From Candidatus Thorarchaeota archaeon (GTDB taxonomy: Archaea; Asgardarchaeota; Heimdallarchaeia; Hodarchaeales; Hodarchaeaceae), in the NCBI GenBank assembly GCA_048882505.1, contig JBHLRO010000005.1, positions 30,001-62,000 on the forward strand: DNA of 32,000 bases, in the 5' to 3' direction. How positions within the stretch are numbered: position 1 is the first letter of the stretch; each line of letters starts with the position of its first letter. Of the stretch, positions 18,542-27,282 are shown piece by piece. The notes under the pieces are model-generated. The model was not told the DNA's origin, did no database searches, and saw only the letters and a list, made by a program, of their open reading frames with translations. Made by a program: the position numbers and the translations under genes.

Positions 18542-19600
18542 CTACCAATTTCCCTTTTGATTTGCTTGTTGATAGAGTTCAATCTTGTTTTTGAGCAGTT
18601 CAAGTGAAACGGAGGCGTGAGGGATGGAAAAAGACATAGCAGGTGAGAGATACGTATTTTTAATTGCCTCTATACAAGTCGAAAAATTCTGGGTATATCG
18701 CTCTTGCCACATTAGGTGATCCTCAACCGTTCTGAAAACGCTCACGATGAAATAATTATATCTTTCAACGTTAGCTTTGATCAGAAGAGGGATACGCGGG
18801 TCTCGGTTAATGAATCCCTCCACGTCTTTACAGCGAGTCTTGATCTCAAACAGTGAAAAGATCAACATATATTTTGGAGGTACGAAAACGAGTGGAAATC
18901 TCGAAACAGGTTTTGAAATGATACCCTTCTGTAAAAGGGTTCGAATTTGTCTTGTAATCGTATTTCTATTGACATTCAGGATTCGTGCAAGGAAATTTTC
19001 ATTTGTCCTTATCGCATTTCCGTTTAGAAGCGCTTTTAATATTCTAATATATAAGGGATCTAGCTGTAGATCGCCAATTTCCTGTACATGTCCTTTCTTA
19101 AAGCCTCTCTCAATTATCCTCATGGGTGCTTCTGGATCGAATTTCAAAATCCGTTTCGTACTAAAAAGTAAGGCATCAGGCGGGTATCGATCCTCTTCTT
19201 TGATAAGTTTCCCGCCAGCTAAAATATTATCGCTCCAGGTTTGGTAAGCGTAGAGATTTGCGTGGAAATGAATTGTTAAGGTGTTATAAACTTCCTCTTG
19301 AAAGAAAAATCCAGCTAAGATGTGAGGATCCTGTTCAATGAAAGTTTTGGTTTTTTGGTCTCTGTAGAATTTATCTTTGGAAACTACGAGTAACGGATAT
19401 TCATCGAGGAGCCACTTTAAAGGGTAGGACGGTTTTTCAATAATCCTAAGTTCAAATAGCTGATCGACTCTACTTTTTATTGTACTTCTATGCTTTTTTA
19501 GGTTAACTGCCAATCTGCTGATGTTTATATCGACACCCTTCCCTGCACAAATAAGTTGCAGCAATTTAAGGATGGATTCATTATTCAATAATTTATCCAT
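18542..19600 (-). CDS. Tandem-duplicated Lrp/AsnC-like transcriptional regulator (two HTH plus ligand-binding modules)
   Basis: Two wHTH segments (ISRLAVNLKKHRSTIKSRVDQL and ENFLARILNVNRNTITRQIRTL), each followed by II.KP, FI..DP.I and E.YN. Confidence 0.65.
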   Translation of the reverse strand: MDKLLNNESILKLLQLICAGKGVDINISRLAVNLKKHRSTIKSRVDQLFELRIIEKPSYPLKWLLDEYPLLVVSKDKFYRDQKTKTFIEQDPHILAGFFFQEEVYNTLTIHFHANLYAYQTWSDNILAGGKLIKEEDRYPPDALLFSTKRILKFDPEAPMRIIERGFKKGHVQEIGDLQLDPLYIRILKALLNGNAIRTNENFLARILNVNRNTITRQIRTLLQKGIISKPVSRFPLVFVPPKYMLIFSLFEIKTRCKDVEGFINRDPRIPLLIKANVERYNYFIVSVFRTVEDHLMWQERYTQNFSTCIEAIKNTYLSPAMSFSIPHASVSLELLKNKIELYQQANQKGNW

Positions 19601-20075
19601 GATTTTCAGGTTTTCTTAGGTTTGAATCTTAAAAGGTTTAGCTGGCAAGCTTATTAGGTGATTGTTAACAGCTAGAAAGGCGAATTGGCCCATAGGTTAA
19701 CCTTTACAACTGATATTGTGAATTAACTTATTTAAAAATAAATATTGGGAAAATTAGCTAAAAGGGGCATTTTCGGGATATGCCACAAAGCGGTATCGAA
19801 ACTGGCGCGGATGCCCTCCTTATTCTCAAGTAAATTAACATTCTGTCCAAAATTTCATGTTCTCTCTAGTCAATATTGATGTACATAAAAATATCTGGTT
19901 CGTCTTGTGATTATCAATTATTTAGTTTTATTTATTAAAACGTTGCCAGAAAACAGAGCTTTTCTTGTGCATGCGTTTTATATATTTGAAATCTGATTGA
20001 TTATCTGACCTGAAAAGGTCGAAAAACGAACTAAGCATCTCCTCAGAAAGCAAGAAGAAAGGTGGTGTAAGATAT

Positions 20076-20222
20076 ATGCAGGACGATGGACAATTCGAAA
20101 AGATCAGAGAAAAGATCTGCAAAGACTTTTATCCAAACTGCCGATACTGTACATGCTTTAGTGCGTGCTTTCCTCAAGACATTTATCAAGACGTGAGACT
20201 TGAAGCAGCAGTCCACACTTGA
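20076..20222 (+). CDS. Small Cys-rich protein (48 aa), not in the ORF track
   Basis: MQDDGQFEKIREKICKDFYPNCRYCTCFSACFPQDIYQDVRLEAAVHT. AGGTGG lies upstream of the ATG, and five Cys fall within 17 residues. Confidence 0.5.
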   Translation: MQDDGQFEKIREKICKDFYPNCRYCTCFSACFPQDIYQDVRLEAAVHT

Positions 20223-20423
20223 TCTATCATACATACCATTAAATCCATAAGTCGATGCAGGTTTGAAAAATCCTCATAACTGGATTACAAGTCGAGATTG
20301 TACACCTTGTTATTAAAATGCGTTTTCATCGACCGCTTTCATCCGAAGTTTAAAACGTTCTCGGCATACAATTTTGATGGAATTCTTAAATCACGACTTC
20401 ATGAGCGGTTTGGATGGAGTACA

Positions 20424-20948
20424 ATGTTTAAGGTCCATTTTCCGAAGGAAATTTGCGAGGTTTCTCTGCAAATCATCTTTGAAGACTACCTTCGTGAACA
20501 TGGCGTCACGCAACACTTTTATTCTCCCCATGGGCCGAACTTCGATGATAAATATTCCTATCTCCATGGGGCTAATCTTCTGATGTTTGAAGGGCGTTCT
20601 CGTGCCCATGCTATTTACATCATAAGAAAGCTAATGGAAATCATCGCATCCCAAAAAACTGCAGGAACACGTCGAGATAAACGAGCAAGACTCCTTGATC
20701 AGAAGGAATATAAGGTTCCTGTGGATCAACCAAGACTGGGTATTCTAACTCCGTCCCGAAACTTGGATTCTGACTGGGTAGGTCGGCTTAGTATCATGAA
20801 AGAGTCAGTCACCATCTCCGATGATATTAGAACATTGATCCCTAACATTTCCAAAGCTAAATTCGTTGAATATTCCCTCAGTCGTAATTATGCATCCTCC
20901 CTTATTGACTATATCCCTTGCTTCCAGCAGGTTCTGGATCTTATCTGA
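20424..20948 (+). CDS. Hypothetical protein (~174 aa)
   Basis: Long open frame from 20298. The ATG at 20424 is preceded by GGAG. No recognisable motif. Confidence 0.6.
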   Translation: MFKVHFPKEICEVSLQIIFEDYLREHGVTQHFYSPHGPNFDDKYSYLHGANLLMFEGRSRAHAIYIIRKLMEIIASQKTAGTRRDKRARLLDQKEYKVPVDQPRLGILTPSRNLDSDWVGRLSIMKESVTISDDIRTLIPNISKAKFVEYSLSRNYASSLIDYIPCFQQVLDLI

Positions 20949-20972
20949 TTGGAGTTAGTGAGAGAGGATAAA

Positions 20973-21719
20973 TCAATGTTTTTGATGTATAAAACTATCC
21001 GCACTCATATCAGGATCTAATAAATGATGGCTAACTTCCTTCTTCGTCGCTAGGTAAGCTTTATTGTAGGGATTCTCGGGGTAGATGTGTTCAACACGTT
21101 CTGTGATCGTGATTCCCCATTCTTGGAGAGCGGTTATTTTCCTTGGATTATTCGTCAATAATCGAATGGAAGTTATTCCTAGACTTTTAAGCATATGTCC
21201 TGCAATATGGTAGTCTCGTTCATCATCTTTGAAGCCAAGGGCAATGTTGGCTTCAACGGTATTCATCCCCTGATCTTGCAGCTCATACGCCTTTAGCTTG
21301 TTCGTCAGTCCAATTCCTCTGCCTTCTTGTCTTAAGTAGAGGACTATCCCTTCACCTTCATCCTCAATTTTCCTTAGAGCTCCTTCCAATTGATCACGAC
21401 AATCGCATCTCAGACTCCCGATCGCGTCACCAGTTAAGCATTCTGAATGAAGACGTACCAGAACATCTGCTTTATTCACAACGTCTCCCTTTACGAAGGC
21501 CGCATGCTCCTTTTCATCGTGTGTCTGGTGAAATCCAAGTGCTATAAAATCTCCGAATCGTGAGGGAAGTTTCGCTGCCGATACAACCTTAACACAGAAA
21601 TGGCTGGCGACCCCTAGAGGCCCCGTTCCTGGGGTTTCGTGATGTGCACAATCGTGATCCTTATTCTCCTCAATTATCTTGTAATAGGAGTCGAAGGATT
21701 GGGATGCCGATTTACTCAT
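20973..21719 (-). CDS. ribA: GTP cyclohydrolase II
   Basis: VRLHSECLTGDAIGSLRCDC (three Zn Cys), QEGRGIGLTNKLKAYELQD, LLTNNPRK. ATG at 21719 preceded by GGGGAG. Confidence 0.95.
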   Translation of the reverse strand: MSKSASQSFDSYYKIIEENKDHDCAHHETPGTGPLGVASHFCVKVVSAAKLPSRFGDFIALGFHQTHDEKEHAAFVKGDVVNKADVLVRLHSECLTGDAIGSLRCDCRDQLEGALRKIEDEGEGIVLYLRQEGRGIGLTNKLKAYELQDQGMNTVEANIALGFKDDERDYHIAGHMLKSLGITSIRLLTNNPRKITALQEWGITITERVEHIYPENPYNKAYLATKKEVSHHLLDPDMSADSFIHQKH

Positions 21720-21851
21720 GAGTGCTCCCAAGCGAAAATATCTCCCGAAAGAAATAAAGCTTTCGCCTCGAACCGCGGGGTAAAAATCATCATTTTCTTG
21801 ATTAAACCAGAAGAAGTTGAGAATCTGGGATCTAACTTTGCAAAAGTTATA

Positions 21852-22640
21852 TTACTTTAAGTTATTAATTTTAATACCCACAGGTGCATGATCGGAACCC
21901 ATTATATCCTGCAAAATGAATGCAGACAGCAGAAAAGAGCGGAATTCTTGATTGATTACGAAATAATCGATTCTCCAGCCGATATTCCGCGGTCGAGCAT
22001 TGGCTCGGTAGCTCCACCATGTATATTGGTCAGATGATTGGTTAAATTCACGAAAAGTATCCATATAACCATGAGCCAGTAAACTGGAAAACCATTCTCG
22101 TTCTGGAGGCGAAAAGCCAGCGTTTTTTTGGTTGGTTTTGGGATTTTTTAGATCTATCTCTTTGTGGGCGACATTAAAATCGCCACATAAGATAAGATGC
22201 TTTTTTTTACGCAATGTCTCACAATAAGCCAAAACCGCGTCATTAAATTCCAATTTGAAATCTAAACGCTTTAATTCCCGTTGAGCATTCGGGAAATAGA
22301 AGTTCAAAAGATAAAATTGGTCGAATTCGAGCTGCAAAAAACGCCCCTCCTTGTCCCACTTCCCGTCTACCATCGTTTTTTTTACACTTGAAGGTTTGTA
22401 GGGTGTTTTCACAAGGGTTAAAACCCCACTGTAACCTTTCTTTTTTGCAGAATTCCAGAAGACTCGATAATTGGGAAGTTCAAACGATAAGGAAACTTGA
22501 TCTGGTCGAGCCTTTGTTTCCTGAACGCATAAAATGTCTGGTTGATGCGCTTTCACCCACTCTATGAACCCCTTGGTCATGCACGCACGCAACCCATTAA
22601 CGTTCCAACTTAATAACTCCATTTCGTGCCAAATTAGCAT
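21852..22640 (-). CDS. xth: Exodeoxyribonuclease III / AP endonuclease
   Basis: SWNVNGLRA, VQETK, KKGYSGV, GDFNVAH, YTWWSYR, GWRIDY, GSDHAPV. Confidence 0.96.
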   Translation of the reverse strand: MLIWHEMELLSWNVNGLRACMTKGFIEWVKAHQPDILCVQETKARPDQVSLSFELPNYRVFWNSAKKKGYSGVLTLVKTPYKPSSVKKTMVDGKWDKEGRFLQLEFDQFYLLNFYFPNAQRELKRLDFKLEFNDAVLAYCETLRKKKHLILCGDFNVAHKEIDLKNPKTNQKNAGFSPPEREWFSSLLAHGYMDTFREFNQSSDQYTWWSYRANARPRNIGWRIDYFVINQEFRSFLLSAFILQDIMGSDHAPVGIKINNLK

Positions 22641-22704
22641 GAAACAAGGGAGTTTATTAAGTAAATCTAGATGCGAACCTTAGTCGTATAAGAGGCCCAC
22701 CAAC

Positions 22705-23106
22705 ATGATTCTACCCGATATCTCGATTATTGACATCATAACTATAGGATTTTTTGGAATTGTTCTCGGCGCCTTTGAAACCACCACAAATCTGGTTTAC
22801 CTACTTTCGAGCAACTATCATCTTTCAAAGAAGCAACACAGTTTTGAATTACCAGACACCGCCACAGAATCCGAGATTCGTCAGAAAGTGATCCAGATGT
22901 TTTGCCTCGGGATAACCCTTCTCCTAATTGCGACTTTATCCCTCTTTGTGAGTCCGTTGTATTTTTTCTTGGCATCAGGAGCCTTTCTTGCGAGCGCAGT
23001 TATTGATTATCTAAGATTTCGAAAATTTGGAGTCTTTTTAGCCTGGATAATCGTTGGTTCGATTCCAATAATCCTCCTTATCGGAAACAGAATACTTATA
23101 CATTGA
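22705..23106 (+). CDS. Small membrane protein (~4 TM), unknown function
   Basis: 133-aa ORF with four hydrophobic segments and an ATG start. Confidence 0.65.
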   Translation: MILPDISIIDIITIGFFGIVLGAFETTTNLVYLLSSNYHLSKKQHSFELPDTATESEIRQKVIQMFCLGITLLLIATLSLFVSPLYFFLASGAFLASAVIDYLRFRKFGVFLAWIIVGSIPIILLIGNRILIH

Positions 23107-23198
23107 AAGTAGCCCTCAAGGCCTATCTAGCGAATCGAAGTTCCCTCGAAAAAAGATAGAGAAAAAGGAGAATATAAATTCTCCGAAATAGGTTGAAC

Positions 23199-23738
23199 TT
23201 AGTAACGACTGCCTCGATCTCTGCGTTGGCTCCCGTAACCTCGATCTCGATCTCTACGTTGACCCCCGTAGCCACCTCGATCTCGTCCGTAACCACCTCG
23301 GTCTCCGCCACCACCACCAGGAGAGTATCTTCGTCGAGGATCATCAACGTGTTCGTTGGATCTATTATTGTCTTCATTGACTTCGTCAAACTCGGCGGAA
23401 TCACCAGTGATTGTTCCGAATTTTCCTTTAGCTAATCGGAGACTGTTGCGATATATGTTTGCAAATCCATTGGATAGCTTATAGATTTCTTCTAATTCTA
23501 CGGTGTCGATATCCTCATTCCACAGAGTGAGGGTTATAGAGCCAGTATCATCTGCAACCGTGAAATCACACACGCGGTGGGTTTCACCGGTTTTCCGGCT
23601 CACGATTTCACGTTCCTCGTCCTTCGCGGTAACGCGAAAAACCACATTTATATGCTTCTCGAGCGGTTGAACATTCCCAATCTTTACATCATGGGTTTGT
23701 TGTTCATCGCTATCAAAATTTAAAGTCATTTTTTGCAC
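23199..23738 (-). CDS. Single-OB-fold ssDNA-binding protein (crenarchaeal SSB / hSSB1-like) with an RGG-rich tail
   Basis: HINVVFRV, VADDTGSITLTLWNE, IYKLSNGFANIYRNSLRLAKGKFG. Start is GTG 23738 or ATG 23729. Confidence 0.85.
   Translation of the reverse strand: MQKMTLNFDSDEQQTHDVKIGNVQPLEKHINVVFRVTAKDEEREIVSRKTGETHRVCDFTVADDTGSITLTLWNEDIDTVELEEIYKLSNGFANIYRNSLRLAKGKFGTITGDSAEFDEVNEDNNRSNEHVDDPRRRYSPGGGGGDRGGYGRDRGGYGGQRRDRDRGYGSQRRDRGSRY
23205..23325 (-). repeat. Imperfect coding tandem repeat (DRGGYG / RRDRDRGYG units)
   Basis: Recurrent CCTCGATCTC and CCGTARCC words on the + strand, translating to GGGGGDRGGYGRDRGGYGGQRRDRDRGYGSQRRDRGSRY. Confidence 0.7.
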
Positions 23739-24173
23739 ATCTGAATTTACAACTTATTGAACCTTAACCTGTTCAATAAAGCAAAAAAGATTCCGATTTG
23801 GGGCAATTACATACTCTCAAAAAAAAATTAGGAGACAATAAATCGATCCAGTCGTCTTTTTTTACCTTAATACATAGATCTTGGTTCTACGGGGTAAGTT
23901 CGCGGCCACCTAAAAAAAATTTTCCTAGGTTTCGGTGATTTAGGGGAGAGGGAGCTGATATAGGTAACTTTAATATTGACCAGTAACTTGTTTCATCGCG
24001 AAGGATGATCTCTAATTGTGAAAACCATTCTAATGCCAAGAAAAGATCAGGAATTTCGTCTAAAAAGTAAAAGAGAAATTAGGGACATACATTCGATTTG
24101 GTGAATGGTAAACACTTCTATATGGAGCTTAGAGAGTGAATCCCAATGGATCCTCCGGTTAGCTTATCTTATC

Positions 24174-24995
24174 TTACTTGAACTCGCGTCTCCAGAAGAA
24201 AAGCAAAGACCCTGAAAGAGCTAAAATTCCTACAACCAATACAAGACCCAGTTCAGCGACAGGATAGGCTTCATTATTCATTAACGCCTTCATGACAGTT
24301 GCACCGTCCAAATAGTGGAATAGGGAGACTCCTTGCATTAGATCTGCAACTTCGGGACTTGCTGTTCGTATTAATCCCCCAAAGCGCTCAAAAATCCATG
24401 ACCCGCCCACGATCAATCCAGCAGATCCGAGAGTTTTTGTTGTATCCATGAATATCACTGAACAAAGTATGGTTATACAAGTGAGCACTATATAAACGAT
24501 CCATTTTCCGAGTAAAGCAATGAAGAATGCCTCTGAGTCGAATTGTATGTTAAATGCTGCAGCCCCCACAGCTACTATACCCCATATGAGAATTGGGTAT
24601 GCCGCTGATAATGTAATGATGGCCAATAGTTTTTCCAAGAGAAATTGCCATCTTGGAACGGGATAACTTAAGATTACGTCCAATGTTCCGCTATCCGCTT
24701 CCCTCGCAATAGCCATGGTTCCTACCAGTAGAACGAGTACCATGAAAACGAAATCACCAACGATAAACAGCTCGACACCAACATATCCCTCAAACGAGCC
24801 AATATCAGATTCTCCCAGGATAGAGGCTAACAGGGGATTTGTTGCTATTAATTCTTGGAACTGCGCTAAAATCGGCTCATAATCTGGCCATATACCAACC
24901 ACCAGAAGGGCCATTGCCATAAGGAATACAATCGGGATTATCCAGAATAACCATGTTTTTTCCAATTGCTTCTTATAGATTGTGAACATATTCAC
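24174..24995 (-). CDS. ABC-2 type exporter permease
   Basis: Six TM segments, AIAREADSGTLDVILSYPVPRWQFLLEK motif, 4-nt overlap with the ATPase gene. Confidence 0.9.
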   Translation of the reverse strand: MNMFTIYKKQLEKTWLFWIIPIVFLMAMALLVVGIWPDYEPILAQFQELIATNPLLASILGESDIGSFEGYVGVELFIVGDFVFMVLVLLVGTMAIAREADSGTLDVILSYPVPRWQFLLEKLLAIITLSAAYPILIWGIVAVGAAAFNIQFDSEAFFIALLGKWIVYIVLTCITILCSVIFMDTTKTLGSAGLIVGGSWIFERFGGLIRTASPEVADLMQGVSLFHYLDGATVMKALMNNEAYPVAELGLVLVVGILALSGSLLFFWRREFK

Positions 24996-25954
24996 TCCTC
25001 CTGTAGGCGATCGAGTTCATCCTTATAGTATTCGAGAAAGATTTCTTCCAAGCTCGTGTCCTCTAGGGTCATTCGTTTTACGCGATGCGAGGTAACAACC
25101 TTGAGGAGCTCATTCACATTTTCTTTAACCTTAATTAGGAAGGTTCCATCTCTTTTATCAACGCTAATCACATTTGGAATGACTTTGAACTCCTCTATGC
25201 TTGGTGTCTCATCTTCGGAGAATTCAATAATCAAATTTTGTATCGATTTTCTACGAAGTTCCTTTACCGATTCGATAACAATAATTTGACCTTCTCGGAT
25301 AATTCCAACTCTATCACAGATGGCTTGTACTTCCGCAAGATCGTGACTTGACAAAAAAATGGTTTTCCCTTGGTTGACCATCTCACGCAGAATTTTTTGG
25401 AATCTGGATGCCATTAGAGGATCCAAACCGCTCGAAGGTTCATCCAAGATGAGTAGATCAGGATTGGAAGAAAGAGCAGTAATTATGGCTACCTGCTGAC
25501 GGTTCCCCGAAGATAAATTCCTGATTTTGAGTGTTAGGTCAACCTTGAATATTCTTCGGAGCTTTTCAAGAAATTCAGAGTCGATCGGCCGAAAACTATC
25601 GAGATATCTTAATAGTTCTTCTCCGGTAAAATTGCCATATAAAGTGACGTCTCCAGGAATATGCCCCAATTTTTCCCTGATCTTTAGACCATCGTTACGA
25701 TGGTCCATTCCATAAATTTTTATCTTACCTGATTTGAGTGTCAAGTATCCAAGAATAGAACGAATGACAGTTGTTTTGCCCGCACCGTTAGGGCCCAGAA
25801 ATCCAAATATCTCCCCCTTTCTCACGGTGAAACTGACATCATTCGCAGCTACTATGCGCCTGCCGATTTTGTACTTATTGATCTTGAATTCTCTCCCATA
25901 AATCTTCGTCAAATGTTCAACATCAAGGATAGGGTGAGATTTTTGAGCCTCCAT
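24992..25954 (-). CDS. ABC-2 exporter ATP-binding subunit (CcmA-like)
   Basis: GPNGAGKTT, LSSGNRQ, LLILDEP, SSHDLAEV. ATG at 25954 preferred over the ORF-track start at 26002. Confidence 0.92.
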   Translation of the reverse strand: MEAQKSHPILDVEHLTKIYGREFKINKYKIGRRIVAANDVSFTVRKGEIFGFLGPNGAGKTTVIRSILGYLTLKSGKIKIYGMDHRNDGLKIREKLGHIPGDVTLYGNFTGEELLRYLDSFRPIDSEFLEKLRRIFKVDLTLKIRNLSSGNRQQVAIITALSSNPDLLILDEPSSGLDPLMASRFQKILREMVNQGKTIFLSSHDLAEVQAICDRVGIIREGQIIVIESVKELRRKSIQNLIIEFSEDETPSIEEFKVIPNVISVDKRDGTFLIKVKENVNELLKVVTSHRVKRMTLEDTSLEEIFLEYYKDELDRLQEE

Positions 25955-25981
25955 CGTAATCGTCTCGAAAAAAAATTGCGG

Positions 25982-25995
25982 AAATTGTGCAATTT
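25982..25995. promoter_or_regulatory. Palindromic candidate operator AAATTG-TG-CAATTT
   Basis: Perfect 6-bp arms between the divergent ABC-2 and regulator genes, overlapping a minus-strand TATAAAA (25999-25993). Confidence 0.45.
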
Positions 25996-26084
25996 TATAC
26001 AAGAAAGGAATATTTTTATATCTTGCTTTAAGGGTATTATAACGATTTAAGGTCTCGGTTTATCCTAAATGAGGTTGCTTGCCA

Positions 26085-26630
26085 ATGGAAGGCGAAACGG
26101 GTTTAACAAACATCGAAAGATTAGAAGAGGAAATGCTGAACTTCTTTGAAGATTTGATGTATGATCGCGGGGGGTCACCTCTGCTTGGTAGGATTTTCGG
26201 GAGTGCTGTATTAACACATACCTCTCTAGTACAGAAGGATCTCGGGGAGAAATTCAAAGTTAATGCTTCAACAATCTCTAGAAATCTTAAGGAGTTAGAA
26301 AATGATAGATTAATCACTCGAAGACGGGAACCGGGATCTCGGGAATGGGTCATTGTTACTGAACCGACAAGTTTTCTAGAGCTATTCCTATCACAGTTTG
26401 ATGACATTGCGACAAAATTGAAGGAGAGGAAGGATGCTCTAATCCGAATTCAGGAGCATTGGGGAGAAGAAAGCATGGATGCTCATTCTCGGAAAACACC
26501 TAAGGGAAAACGGGTTCTCGAAGTGTTAGCCATATTAACCGAGTGGATTGATTTAGTGGAGGAGGAACTGGAATCAACAGTACAACGATTACACTCCAAA
26601 TTCCTGGATCTCGAGAAGAAGTATCATTAA
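26085..26630 (+). CDS. GbsR/MarR-family transcriptional regulator
   Basis: LGRIFG..L..QKDLGEKFKVNASTISRNLKELE..LITR wHTH followed by a coiled coil. Divergent from the ABC-2 operon. Confidence 0.8.
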   Translation: MEGETGLTNIERLEEEMLNFFEDLMYDRGGSPLLGRIFGSAVLTHTSLVQKDLGEKFKVNASTISRNLKELENDRLITRRREPGSREWVIVTEPTSFLELFLSQFDDIATKLKERKDALIRIQEHWGEESMDAHSRKTPKGKRVLEVLAILTEWIDLVEEELESTVQRLHSKFLDLEKKYH

Positions 26631-26671
26631 TGACATTCTTCCTGTTTGTTGAAGGTTTATATTGAACGGAA

Positions 26672-27109
26672 ATGGCTGTGATCCGTAAGGTTATCGCCTA
26701 TATTACGACAAAAGATAAACTCCTGGTCTTGTCTCATCCGTATTCTCCTGAGGCAGGATTACAGGTTCCCTCTGGAACCGTGAATGAGGGAGAACTTGTT
26801 GAAAATGCTGTCATGCGTGAGGTTCTTGAAGAAACTGGCCTGAAGGACGTCAGGATTGAATCTTACCTGGGAAAGTCGAAATTCTTGTATTTGAACCTAA
26901 ACCACGATCGTTACTGTTTTTATTTTCACTTAATTTGTAACCAAAAAACCCCATCGAGGTGGAGAATCGAGGAGAAGAAGCCTAGCGCCTTAAGTGAAGG
27001 GGAGGAATATCCAATCATATTTGAATTATATTGGATCCCCATAAGAGAGGGCATGGTAAAACTATCGACGTATTATGGAAAATTCCTTTATAAAATCAAC
27101 TGGAATTAA
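26672..27109 (+). CDS. Nudix hydrolase
   Basis: Complete Nudix box GTVNEGELVENAVMREVLEETGL. Confidence 0.9.
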   Translation: MAVIRKVIAYITTKDKLLVLSHPYSPEAGLQVPSGTVNEGELVENAVMREVLEETGLKDVRIESYLGKSKFLYLNLNHDRYCFYFHLICNQKTPSRWRIEEKKPSALSEGEEYPIIFELYWIPIREGMVKLSTYYGKFLYKINWN

Positions 27110-27282
27110 ACGGATTCGTCAATTTTTCTGTAAACATATTCGGAATAATGTTAGTTAAGAATTGGAGAGAGGACATTAAAAAAAGAATCTTCGTATTCGT
27201 AATTTCTGGTAGAATATTTCATACGTTCGTAAATGACCATATATTTCATCGTTTCATCTTGATATAGGGCTGTTTGTAGTCG

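Noticed and set aside
18542-19600. Tandem Lrp protein as an AhbA/AhbB (NirDL) sirohaem decarboxylase, given the nearby HemL-like gene
   Set aside because: The characteristic FPL..RPF and G.IRR motifs are absent, and there are no other haem genes in the window.
23123-23435. ORFs 23123-23404 (-) and 23193-23435 (+) with repetitive E/V/T or S/T/I content
   Set aside because: Alternative-frame shadows of the SSB repeat tail.
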